From assembly GCA_038325595.1 (NCBI GenBank), contig JBBQJD010000004.1, positions 8,139 to 72,138 of the forward strand: a stretch of DNA of 64,000 nt. The letters run 5' to 3'. Below are positions 30,355-39,473 of the stretch, one piece after another. The translations under genes were made by a program, and so were the position numbers. Under the pieces are notes generated by a model. The model was not told where the DNA came from. It was given only the letters and a program-made list of their open reading frames with translations, and searched no databases. This DNA comes from Bacteroidales bacterium (GTDB lineage: Bacteria; Bacteroidota; Bacteroidia; Bacteroidales; VadinHA17). Each line of letters starts with the position of its first letter. Within the stretch, counting starts at the first letter, position 1.

Positions 30355-31782
30355 TTATTCGTTTCCCTTCTCTGTTAATTCAAGATATCCTAGCGTTCCC
30401 GGAATATTCATTGCCTCCGCTTTATTTGCCATGGGGCATCCCGGAACCGGACAATTGATTATTTTATGCTCCTTATTATCAGCAGGTTCCCATCCCATTG
30501 TCAAAAAAAGTACAAAAAATCCTATTACATAAGCAGGAGCTATATGCCATCCATTCTTAACCCATTTGACAACATCACGATCGTCCGGAAATTTGTTTGT
30601 AATTGCAACTCCGGCAGAAGAACCGAACCAAACCATTGACCCGCCAAAACCTACTGTATATGCCAGCATACCCCAGTCAAAATGTCCCTGATCGAGAGCT
30701 AACTTGGTAAGCGGAATGTTGTCAAATACGGCTGAGAGAAAACCCAGTGCAAATGCAGTTACCCATGAAGCATTCGGAAGCTCTTCAACTGGCATCATAG
30801 AGGCAGACATGACGAGACAGAGAAGGAATATTGTTCCTTTAATGGCTCCGGAAATTTCCTTCCAGGGCACTGGCCGGATTAATGCTCCGATAATTATGGC
30901 AATCCATACTCCCAATGCAGGCATATCATAAACAATATTCGATATTATTGCACCTGCAAGGATAAGACCTACATTGAAGATTTTCCACCAGTCAATTTTT
31001 ACATTAACATTTTCATCAGCCTGGATCCTCTGGTATTTATCCTGCTGATGTGAAGCAAACCAGGCAAAAAACAGGAATGCTGATATGGCAGCAACGTATG
31101 CATGTAAAACGTTAAATGCGCTTACTCCGTCAATCCACATCATTGTAGTGGTTGTATCTCCAACCACACTTCCGCTTCCCCCTGCGTTGCTTGCTGCTAC
31201 AATTGCAGCGATGTAGCCTATAAAAACTCTCTTTTTAAAAACTACCAGCGCAATTGTACCACCAATCAGGGCAGCGGCTATGTTGTCGAGGAAAGCAGAC
31301 ATAATAAATACAAAGATCAGAAGCATAAACGGGCCTTTCCAGTCATCAGGCAGGTATCTTGGGAGCACCTCAGGCACCCCTGATTCCTCAAATATTTTTG
31401 AAAGAATTGCAAATCCAAGTAATAATCCCAGAAGATTAAGGAGTATTCCCCATTCTCCCTGTCTCATATGCTTATCAATGAACTGTTCAGCAAAAGGAGC
31501 ATCACCAAAGAGATGCTCAAAAAGATGAAATCCCGGATCAAATGCGAGTTTGAATGAGAGAAGAACTGTCAATCCTGTCAATGCTACCCAAAATGTCTGT
31601 TTATGAAAAAGAGCTACTCCAAGAAGGATCAATCCAAAAATAATGAATTCAACTCTCACAGGTCCCAATGAAGGAACTCTTCCTTCTGCTGCAAAAAGCG
31701 ATAATGGTGTAAGCATGAGAATGGCAAATACGATTAGTTTCCTGCTGTTGGAGAGTACTAGCGATTTAAAAAAATTCTTCAT
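30355..31782 (-). CDS. NhaD/CitMHS-like (ion transporter superfamily) membrane transporter
   Basis: Many TM helices; SAFLDNIAA, ASNAGG..SVVGDTTTTMMW, SAVFDNIP, GGSMVWFGSSAGVA. Confidence 0.82.
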   Translation of the reverse strand: MKNFFKSLVLSNSRKLIVFAILMLTPLSLFAAEGRVPSLGPVRVEFIIFGLILLGVALFHKQTFWVALTGLTVLLSFKLAFDPGFHLFEHLFGDAPFAEQFIDKHMRQGEWGILLNLLGLLLGFAILSKIFEESGVPEVLPRYLPDDWKGPFMLLIFVFIMSAFLDNIAAALIGGTIALVVFKKRVFIGYIAAIVAASNAGGSGSVVGDTTTTMMWIDGVSAFNVLHAYVAAISAFLFFAWFASHQQDKYQRIQADENVNVKIDWWKIFNVGLILAGAIISNIVYDMPALGVWIAIIIGALIRPVPWKEISGAIKGTIFLLCLVMSASMMPVEELPNASWVTAFALGFLSAVFDNIPLTKLALDQGHFDWGMLAYTVGFGGSMVWFGSSAGVAITNKFPDDRDVVKWVKNGWHIAPAYVIGFFVLFLTMGWEPADNKEHKIINCPVPGCPMANKAEAMNIPGTLGYLELTEKGNE

Positions 31783-31936
31783 AAATATCAGGTATGTGGT
31801 ATTAGAATTAAACAAGCGGCCAAATTTATAATTTTTTTTGATTATAACATTCACACAATAAAATCAAGATTACCATATTGTCACTTTTATGCATGTATTC
31901 TGTCATGAATGGTGGAATTTTTATATTTTTGCATGT

Positions 31937-31959
31937 TTATTTAGATTAAATATAATTAA
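31937..31959. promoter_or_regulatory. Imperfect AT-rich palindrome (Fur/PerR-box-like) just downstream of a TAnnTTTG element upstream of suf
   Basis: TTATTTAGATT-A-AATATAATTAA has 9 of 11 symmetric pairs. TATTTTTG lies at 31924-31931. Confidence 0.4.
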
Positions 31960-32040
31960 CGAGTTGAATTATCAATAGAAGGCATGATTATTGAATATTA
32001 AATTCTTATAGTTCTTTGCAATACGTCCTAATAGAAAAAC

Positions 32041-32179
32041 CTCTGGTAACATTTGATTTTCAAGTGTTTTAAAAACATCGGGTAACTCAACAGATAACCT
32101 CGGGAGCTATTAAGACTTTCCACTTCTCAGATAATAACAATTACCCAATCGAGGTTGTTTGATGAAAGTGGATTCAGAG
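32041..32179 (+). ncRNA. Candidate structured (pseudoknotted) 5' leader RNA of the suf operon
   Basis: Complementary pairs: 32041-46/32174-79, 32048-56/32060-68, 32080-85/32141-46, 32087-102/32150-165 and 32119-125/32166-172. Confidence 0.45.
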
Positions 32180-32196
32180 AGAAAGAAATTAAAAAA

Positions 32197-33645
32197 ATGG
32201 AAACAGATCAGGATAAAATACTAAGTGAAGTCACTACAGGCGAGTACAAATACGGATTCTATTCAGACATTGAAATGGAGAAAATCCCAAAGGGGCTCAG
32301 TGAGGATGTTGTAAGGATTATCTCAAAAAAGAAGAATGAACCGGACTGGCTGCTCGAGTTCCGCCTGAAGTCATACAAACATTGGCTGACAATGAAGATG
32401 CCAACATGGCCGCATCTTAAAATTCCCCCTATCGACTACCAGGAGATTATTTTCTATGCTGCGCCAAAAGAAAGACCAAAACTCAACAGCATTGATGATA
32501 TTGATCCTGAACTGAAAAGGACATTTGACAGGCTCGGAATCCCACTTGATGAACAGAAACATCTTGCAGGAGTAGCCGTAGATGCTGTAATTGACAGTGT
32601 ATCAGTTAAAACCACATTCAGGGAAACTCTGGCAGAAATGGGTATTATATTCTGTTCATTCAGTGATGCAGTGAAAGAATATCCTGACCTGGTAAAAAGA
32701 TATATGGGCTCAGTTGTGCCTTATACCGATAATTTTTTTGCTACACTTAACTCCGCGGTTTTCAGCGACGGGTCATTCTGTTATATTCCTAAAGGCATAA
32801 GGTGCCCCATGGAGCTTTCAACTTATTTCCGTATCAATTCTGCCAATACCGGCCAGTTTGAGCGTACTCTTCTTATTGCTGACGAAGAAAGTTATGTCAG
32901 CTATCTCGAGGGCTGCACTGCTCCGGCAAGAGATGAAAATCAGCTTCACGCAGCAATTGTGGAGATAGTTGCAGAAAAAAATGCTGAAGTGAAATATTCA
33001 ACGGTCCAGAACTGGTATCCCGGAAACAAGGAAGGAGTTGGGGGAGTTCTTAATTTCGTGACAAAGAGGGGAATGTGCAAAGGTGATAACTCAAAGATAT
33101 CGTGGACACAGATTGAAACCGGATCAGCCATAACATGGAAATATCCATCATGTATCCTCAGGGGCGATAATTCAACCGGAGAATTCTATTCCGTAGCTGT
33201 TACAAATAATCATCAGCAGGCAGATACGGGAACTAAAATGACCCATATTGGGAAAAATACCAAAAGTACAATAGTTTCAAAAGGAATCTCGGCCGGCAAA
33301 GGTCAGAACAGTTACAGAGGACTCGTAAAGGTTCTAAAGAATGCCTCGAATGCACGTAATTATTCACAATGTGATTCATTATTACTTGGGGATAAGTGCG
33401 GGGCACATACCTTTCCTTACCTCGAAGTAGATAACCAGACAGCTATAGTTGAGCATGAGGCAACAACCTCAAAAATCGGAGAAGATCAGATCTTTTACTG
33501 CAATCAGAGAGGTATTTCAACCGAAGATGCAATAGGCCTTATAGTGAATGGATATGCACGCGAGGTTATTAATAAGCTGCCAATGGAATTTGCAGTGGAA
33601 GCCCAGAAGCTTCTCCAGATAAGTCTCGAGGGAAGTGTAGGATAG
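32197..33645 (+). CDS. sufB: Fe-S cluster assembly protein SufB
   Basis: [53 protein letters not shown] 32197. Confidence 0.97.
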   Translation: METDQDKILSEVTTGEYKYGFYSDIEMEKIPKGLSEDVVRIISKKKNEPDWLLEFRLKSYKHWLTMKMPTWPHLKIPPIDYQEIIFYAAPKERPKLNSIDDIDPELKRTFDRLGIPLDEQKHLAGVAVDAVIDSVSVKTTFRETLAEMGIIFCSFSDAVKEYPDLVKRYMGSVVPYTDNFFATLNSAVFSDGSFCYIPKGIRCPMELSTYFRINSANTGQFERTLLIADEESYVSYLEGCTAPARDENQLHAAIVEIVAEKNAEVKYSTVQNWYPGNKEGVGGVLNFVTKRGMCKGDNSKISWTQIETGSAITWKYPSCILRGDNSTGEFYSVAVTNNHQQADTGTKMTHIGKNTKSTIVSKGISAGKGQNSYRGLVKVLKNASNARNYSQCDSLLLGDKCGAHTFPYLEVDNQTAIVEHEATTSKIGEDQIFYCNQRGISTEDAIGLIVNGYAREVINKLPMEFAVEAQKLLQISLEGSVG

Positions 33646-33674
33646 AAAACAATCATTAACAATTATAAATTATT

Positions 33675-34439
33675 ATGCTGACTATAAGCAATTTGATAGC
33701 TGCAATTGATGGAAAGAATATTTTAAAAGGAGTAACTCTTCATGTAAAACCCGGTGAGATACATGCCATAATGGGTCCCAACGGATCAGGAAAGAGTACA
33801 CTCGCTGCAGTATTGGCAGGACGCGATTTTGTTGAAGTTACAAGTGGTACAGTTACATATATGGGGAAAGATCTCCTTGAGATGGCTCCTGAGGACCGTG
33901 CCAAGGAAGGAATTTTTCTGGGATTTCAGTATCCTATTGAAATACCCGGAGTAAGCATGGTTAATTTTATGAAAACAGCTGTCAATGAGCATCGTAAACA
34001 CAAAGGTCTGGGTCCGCTTTCGGCATCGGATTTTCTGAAAATGATGCGTGAAAAGAAGGAACTGGTTGAAATTGATTCCAAGCTTGCGAACAGATCGGTA
34101 AATGAAGGTTTCTCGGGCGGGGAAAAGAAGAAGAATGAGATATTTCAGATGGCTATGCTTGAACCAAAGCTGGCAATACTTGATGAAACAGATTCAGGCC
34201 TGGATATTGATGCCCTCCGGATTGTTGCAAATGGAGTCAATAAGCTCAAACGTCCGGATAATTCTTTTATAGTTATAACACATTATCAGAGACTGCTCGA
34301 TTTTATTATCCCTGATGTTGTGCATGTGTTATATGATGGCAGGATAGTAAAGTCAGCCGGTAAGGAACTAGCTCTTGAGCTTGAAGAAAAAGGATATGAC
34401 TGGATCAAAAAAGAGGTGGAAAACAATATAACTGCATGA
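33675..34439 (+). CDS. sufC: Fe-S cluster assembly ATPase SufC
   Basis: GPNGSGKST, FQYPIEIPGV, GFSGGEKKKNE, LDETDSGLDIDAL, ITHYQRLL. Confidence 0.97.
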   Translation: MLTISNLIAAIDGKNILKGVTLHVKPGEIHAIMGPNGSGKSTLAAVLAGRDFVEVTSGTVTYMGKDLLEMAPEDRAKEGIFLGFQYPIEIPGVSMVNFMKTAVNEHRKHKGLGPLSASDFLKMMREKKELVEIDSKLANRSVNEGFSGGEKKKNEIFQMAMLEPKLAILDETDSGLDIDALRIVANGVNKLKRPDNSFIVITHYQRLLDFIIPDVVHVLYDGRIVKSAGKELALELEEKGYDWIKKEVENNITA

Positions 34440-35794
34440 ATGTAAAAACTGAAATATCAGACAGGTATCTGAAACTCTATGAAGATAATATCGAAAAGAT
34501 AGCCGGTACTTCTTCTTCATATATTAATTCCTTCAGGCAAAAGGCATTTGAGAAATTCAGTGAACTCGGAATACCGACAAAGAAGAATGAAGCATACAAA
34601 TACACCAATCTGAATATCTTCTTTGATCACGATTACAAAAGCTATTTCATTCCGGTGGAATCTGATTTCATTAAAGCTGAGGAATTCCGTTGCGATGTGA
34701 CAGAACTAGATACATATGGCATTGTACTCCTCAATGGATTTTACCCGACAATAAATGAAAAACTCCGGCAACTCCCAAATGGAATATGGGTTGGAAGCCT
34801 GAATGAAGCAGCCATAAGATTCCCTGAACAGATTGAAAAACATTACGGAAAATATGCAATCAATGATAATGACGGTCTTATATCGCTAAATACTGCGATG
34901 GCTTCGGATGGCGTATTTATATATGTGCCGGATGGTGTCACCCTTACAAAGCCAGTGCAGATCGTTAACCTTGTACAATCTGACGAGGACATCTTCAACC
35001 AGCACAGAAATCTCATCATTGTCGGAAAAAGTGCAAACATTACCATTATGATCTGTGATCATACTCTTTCCCCGCAAAGATTCCTGACTAATGCTGTAAC
35101 TGAGGTTCATGTAGGTGAAAATGCACACTTTGATATTATAAGGGTCCAGAATGAACATAATAACGCGGGAAAGGTCACTCATACCTTTATCCACCAGGAA
35201 CGAAATAGTGTGGCTTCCTCAAACAATATGTCATTGCATGGCGGGCTCATACGCAACAGCACTTATCATTACCTCGGGGGAGAAGGAGCAGAAAGCCATT
35301 CATTCGGATTGTTCCTGGCAGATAAATTCCAGCATATCGATAATTTTGTAAATGTCGATCATGCTTATCCGCATTGTACGAGCAATCAACTGTTTAAAGG
35401 TGTTCTCGATGATATGTCAACCGGTGCATTCAATGGCCGCATTCTTGTTCAGCCTGATGCACAGGGAACACTTGCTTACCAGAAGAACAATAATATTCTT
35501 CTGACCGACGATGCAAAGATGGATTCAAAGCCTCAGCTTGAGATCTATGCTGATGATGTAAAATGCAGCCATGGAGCTACGGTTGGGCAGCTTGATGGTG
35601 ATGCACTTTTCTACCTGCAGTCACGAGGAATTGAGAAAAGGGAAGCAAGGCTTATGCTGATGTTCGGATTTGCGCACGAAGTAATTCAGAATATCAAAAT
35701 AGAAGCTTTGCGTGAAAGAATGGATAATCTGGTGATGCAACGTCTGAAAGGTGAACTTTCGCGCTGTGCCAGTTGTGTGGTTAAGTGCGGTTAA
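34436..35794 (+). CDS. sufD: Fe-S cluster assembly protein SufD
   Basis: PTKKNEAYKYT, FNGRI, KPQLEIYADDVKCSHGAT, FYLQSRGI. ATGA overlap with sufC. Confidence 0.95.
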   Translation: MNVKTEISDRYLKLYEDNIEKIAGTSSSYINSFRQKAFEKFSELGIPTKKNEAYKYTNLNIFFDHDYKSYFIPVESDFIKAEEFRCDVTELDTYGIVLLNGFYPTINEKLRQLPNGIWVGSLNEAAIRFPEQIEKHYGKYAINDNDGLISLNTAMASDGVFIYVPDGVTLTKPVQIVNLVQSDEDIFNQHRNLIIVGKSANITIMICDHTLSPQRFLTNAVTEVHVGENAHFDIIRVQNEHNNAGKVTHTFIHQERNSVASSNNMSLHGGLIRNSTYHYLGGEGAESHSFGLFLADKFQHIDNFVNVDHAYPHCTSNQLFKGVLDDMSTGAFNGRILVQPDAQGTLAYQKNNNILLTDDAKMDSKPQLEIYADDVKCSHGATVGQLDGDALFYLQSRGIEKREARLMLMFGFAHEVIQNIKIEALRERMDNLVMQRLKGELSRCASCVVKCG

Positions 35795-35804
35795 TCTTAA
35801 AAAA

Positions 35805-37022
35805 GTGAAAAACATAGATGAAATAAGATCTGATTTTCCGATTTTAAAAAGGAAGATATATAATAAACCCCTGGTATATCTCGACAATGGGGCAACTACA
35901 CAGAAACCAAGATGCGTAATTGATGCATTGAATGATGTGTACGAATCATATAATGGTAATATACACAGGGGTATACATTATTTAAGTGATATGTCTTCCG
36001 AGGCTTATGAGAAAGCGCGTGAAGATGTAAGGTCTTTCATTAATGCCGCAAAAAAGGAAGAAATAATTTTCACTTCCGGTACAACAGGCTCAATAAACGG
36101 AGTTGCCTTCTCTTTTGGAGAACGCTATATAAATAAAGGTGATGAGATAATTATAAGCCATCTTGAGCACCATGCCAACATAGTTCCCTGGCAGCTGATG
36201 TGCCAGCGGAAAGGCGCTGTTTTGCGGATTATTCCCATTAATGATGCAGGTGAAATTTTAATCGATGAATATTTAAAGCTTCTTTCACCAAAAACAAAGC
36301 TTGTTGCAGTCTCGCAGGCTTCAAATGCTCTTGGAACGATTCTTCCCATTGAAAAAATAATTGCCGGTGCTCATTCCATGAATATTCCTGTACTCATTGA
36401 CGGAGCTCAGGGAATACAGCACGGCTTCACTGATGTTCAGTCACTTGATTGCGACTTTTATGTTTTCTCAGGTCATAAAATATATGGTCCTACCGGCATT
36501 GGTGTACTCTATGGCAAAGAAAAATGGCTTATGGAATTACCTCCTTTTGCAGGAGGAGGAGACATGGTTGACAAAGTGACATTTGAAAAAACCACATTTA
36601 ATGAACTTCCGTTCAGGTTTGAAGCCGGAACTACAAACTATACCGCTGCCATCGGACTGTCAGTAGCACTGGATTATGTTACCGGCATAGGACGTAACGA
36701 GATAGCAGCCAGGGAAAAAGATCTGCTGGATTATGCCACACAAAGACTTTCTGATATAAAGGGATTGAAAATTTACGGTACTTCAGGTAGAAAAATCTCA
36801 ACAATATCATTTCTGTTAAATGGAATTCACCAGTATGATACCGGTATGATTCTTGATAAAATGGGAATTGCAGTACGAACCGGAACACATTGTGCACAGC
36901 CGCTTATGGCATTTTATGGAATCGATGGAACAGTCCGCGCATCACTATGCTTCTATAACACAAAAGATGAGATTGATGAACTATGTTCGGGAATTGAGAA
37001 GGTTCAAAGTATGTTTTTATAA
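35805..37022 (+). CDS. sufS: Cysteine desulfurase SufS
   Basis: YLDNGATTQKP, EHHAN, FSGHKIYGPTG, EAGT, RTGTHCAQP. GTG 35805 is the likely start. Confidence 0.95.
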   Translation: MKNIDEIRSDFPILKRKIYNKPLVYLDNGATTQKPRCVIDALNDVYESYNGNIHRGIHYLSDMSSEAYEKAREDVRSFINAAKKEEIIFTSGTTGSINGVAFSFGERYINKGDEIIISHLEHHANIVPWQLMCQRKGAVLRIIPINDAGEILIDEYLKLLSPKTKLVAVSQASNALGTILPIEKIIAGAHSMNIPVLIDGAQGIQHGFTDVQSLDCDFYVFSGHKIYGPTGIGVLYGKEKWLMELPPFAGGGDMVDKVTFEKTTFNELPFRFEAGTTNYTAAIGLSVALDYVTGIGRNEIAAREKDLLDYATQRLSDIKGLKIYGTSGRKISTISFLLNGIHQYDTGMILDKMGIAVRTGTHCAQPLMAFYGIDGTVRASLCFYNTKDEIDELCSGIEKVQSMFL

Positions 37023-37029
37023 TAAATAA

Positions 37030-37455
37030 ATGAATATCAACGAGATACAGGACAATATAGTAGAGGAGTTTTCAACAGTTGAAGATTGGATGGATAAGTA
37101 TAACCTTCTTATAGATCTTGGTAAGGATCTTCCTGTTGTGGATCCCAAATTTAAGGTAAAAGACTTTCTTATCGAAGGATGTCAGTCGAAAGTATGGCTT
37201 CATCCCGAATATGATGGGAATGTTATTAAGTTTACAGCAGACAGCGATGCAATAATCACAAGAGGGATAGTATCCCTGCTGATCAAAGTGCTGTCGGACA
37301 GGGAACCTGAGGAAATACTTGCAGCTGATCTTTATTTTATCGATAAAATCGGACTGAGGCAAAATCTTTCTCCCACACGTTCCAATGGACTCCTTTCAAT
37401 GATCCGTCAGATGAAACTTTATGCAATGGCATATAACGCTATTAAAAAACAATGA
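37030..37455 (+). CDS. sufE: SufE sulfur-acceptor protein
   Basis: IEGCQSKVW, ADSDAIITRG, LSPTRSNGL. Confidence 0.95.
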   Translation: MNINEIQDNIVEEFSTVEDWMDKYNLLIDLGKDLPVVDPKFKVKDFLIEGCQSKVWLHPEYDGNVIKFTADSDAIITRGIVSLLIKVLSDREPEEILAADLYFIDKIGLRQNLSPTRSNGLLSMIRQMKLYAMAYNAIKKQ

Positions 37456-37458
37456 GAT

Positions 37459-37779
37459 ATGGATCCAACTGAACAGCTTGAGATAGAAACCAGGATTGGA
37501 GATGTTCTCAAGAGCATTTACGATCCGGAGATCCCGGTCAATATTTATGATCTGGGACTTATTTATGACATCAATATCGACGAAGATCATATAGCACATA
37601 TAACCATGACCCTTACAGCACCTAACTGCCCCATGGCTGATGAGCTGCTTGAGGAAGTCAAATACAAGGTTGGCGGAACCAGGGGTGTAAAGGACTGTGA
37701 TCTTAAGCTTACATTTACCCCGCCATGGGACAAGAATATGCTAAGCGAAGAGGCAAAACTGGAATTGGGATTCCTCTGA
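37459..37779 (+). CDS. DUF59 / SufT-like Fe-S assembly protein
   Basis: YDPEIPVNIYDLGLIY, MTLTAPNCP, PPW. Confidence 0.92.
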   Translation: MDPTEQLEIETRIGDVLKSIYDPEIPVNIYDLGLIYDINIDEDHIAHITMTLTAPNCPMADELLEEVKYKVGGTRGVKDCDLKLTFTPPWDKNMLSEEAKLELGFL

Positions 37780-37791
37780 TACATTGATTGA

Positions 37792-38727
37792 ATGAAGGTT
37801 CCTGATAGTAAATCCATTTCGGCACTGATCAGGGAGAAAGCCCGTGAATCAGGGTTTGATCTCTGTGGTATAGCCCCGTCCGGGGTTCTTAGCGAGAATG
37901 GAACTGTTCTGGCTGAATGGTGTAAATCAGACATGAATGCTGATATGACCTACCTTTCGAATGATATTTCAAAAAGGATTGATCCCGGGCTGCTACTTCC
38001 CGGAGCCAGGTCAGTCATCGTTACAGGACTGAATTATTACACTGAACGAAAGCAGGGTGGAAATGGGATCCCGGTAATTTCAAGATATGCCTATGGGGTT
38101 GATTATCATTCTATTATCCCGGCTAAACTTAACAGGATAGTTGATTGTATAAAAGATATTTATCCTGAATCAAACAGCAGGGCATATGTTGATTCCGCTC
38201 CATTACTTGAAAAACCATGGGCATCCAGGGCAGGACTTGGATGGCAGGGCCGGCATTCCATATTAATCAATAAGAAGATTGGCTCATTTTTCTTTCTCGG
38301 TACGATAGTTACCGATCTTGAACTTGAGTATGATAATCCATCAATGGAAGATCATTGCGGCAACTGCAGATTATGTATTGAATCCTGCCCTACAGCAGCT
38401 ATAAATGAAAACCGGACAATAGATGCCCGCCGTTGTATTGCGTACCAGACGATTGAAAACAAAATGCCCGTCAATGATGAAATCAACGGAAAATTAAACG
38501 GGATGATTTTCGGTTGCGACATTTGCCAGGAAGCATGTCCATGGAATAATATTTCGAAACCGCATAAAACTCCTGAATTTGAAATTTCTCCTGAGCTTTC
38601 GCTATTGACAGCTGATGAATGGAAAAATCTCTCGAAAGATCAATTCAAAAAGCTTTTTAAAAGATCTGCAATAGGAAGAAAGAAATATGAAACCTTTCTT
38701 AAGAATGTAACAATTGTTACAAAATGA
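37792..38727 (+). CDS. queG: tRNA epoxyqueuosine(34) reductase
   Basis: SRYAYGVDYH, VDSAPLLEK, CGNCRLCIESCPT, GCDICQEACPWN. Confidence 0.94.
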   Translation: MKVPDSKSISALIREKARESGFDLCGIAPSGVLSENGTVLAEWCKSDMNADMTYLSNDISKRIDPGLLLPGARSVIVTGLNYYTERKQGGNGIPVISRYAYGVDYHSIIPAKLNRIVDCIKDIYPESNSRAYVDSAPLLEKPWASRAGLGWQGRHSILINKKIGSFFFLGTIVTDLELEYDNPSMEDHCGNCRLCIESCPTAAINENRTIDARRCIAYQTIENKMPVNDEINGKLNGMIFGCDICQEACPWNNISKPHKTPEFEISPELSLLTADEWKNLSKDQFKKLFKRSAIGRKKYETFLKNVTIVTK

Positions 38728-38730
38728 TAA

Positions 38731-39138
38731 TTACTTATCTGAAATCATAGTTACCATTACTTCCCTTTTTTCCCTCGGACCATCAAACTCACAAAAGAAG
38801 ATATTCTGCCATGTTGACAGACCGGGCTTATTATCAATTATCGGTATCGTCTGACTGGCTCCTATCAGTCCTGATTTAAGATGTGAATCACCGTTATCGT
38901 CCTGATGATCATGTTGCCAGATACCGTGAGGAACAAGCTTCTGGAGCAGATTAACAACATCATTCTGAACAGATTCATCCCAGTTTTCCTGTATCATTAT
39001 TGCACATGTAGACCCTCTGGCGAAAACCGAGGCTATTCCGGTGGAGATATTGCTTGCTTTAATAAGGTCTGTTACCAGGCCGGTAATATCATACAAGCCA
39101 TTTTTTTTGTCGGTATTGAGCGTGATTATCTTTTGCAT
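38731..39138 (-). CDS. YjbQ-family (UPF0047) protein; start may extend to 39156
   Basis: DIT, IQEN, DNGDSHLK, LSTWQNIFFCEFDGPR. Confidence 0.88.
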   Translation of the reverse strand: MQKIITLNTDKKNGLYDITGLVTDLIKASNISTGIASVFARGSTCAIMIQENWDESVQNDVVNLLQKLVPHGIWQHDHQDDNGDSHLKSGLIGASQTIPIIDNKPGLSTWQNIFFCEFDGPREKREVMVTMISDK

Positions 39139-39254
39139 GGTTTCATAAATTTTCACGAATACAAAGTTAATACATCAATATGTTTTTACCTTGGGATAAA
39201 TATTTCGTCTTTAAATAAAGCAACCATATTGATTGATTTAAAATTAATAGAAGA

Positions 39255-39416
39255 ATGCTTCTATGGCCTGTCAGAGCCGATTATTTTCTTTCACAGAATT
39301 ATGAAATGTGGGCCCAATCCAAAGTCCCTAATATCTGGGCCTGGATAGTATCAGGAGTATTTCTGCTTTTTGTTCTGACTGGGATTACGATCACGATAAT
39401 TAAAAAGGCTGAGTAA
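39255..39416 (+). CDS. Putative 53-aa single-pass membrane protein (below the ORF-track cut-off)
   Basis: My translation is MLLWPVRADYFLSQNYEMWAQSKVPNIWAWIVSGVFLLFVLTGITITIIKKAE*: one hydrophobic helix followed by KK. Confidence 0.4.
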   Translation: MLLWPVRADYFLSQNYEMWAQSKVPNIWAWIVSGVFLLFVLTGITITIIKKAE

Positions 39417-39429
39417 ATATTACTCAGCC
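39402..39429 (-). terminator. Intrinsic terminator of the ECF sigma gene
   Basis: GGCTGAGTAA-ATA-TTACTCAGCC, a 10-bp stem followed by TTTTT on the minus strand. Confidence 0.8.
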
Positions 39430-39473
39430 CATTAATCCAATAAACCTAACAAATCAAACTAATCGTTAAAACC

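Noticed and set aside
32155-32196. TTG-initiated N-terminal extension of SufB (similar extensions for lpxC, sufS, lptE, yccF, the sigma factor and the monooxygenase)
   Set aside because: Downstream ATG/GTG codons with A-rich leaders match the expected family N-termini. The extensions overlap neighbouring genes or regulatory DNA.
38905-39348. 147-aa plus-strand ORF
   Set aside because: Largely antisense to yjbQ, has a non-ATG start and no recognisable motif. The 53-aa ORF in another frame explains the gap better.
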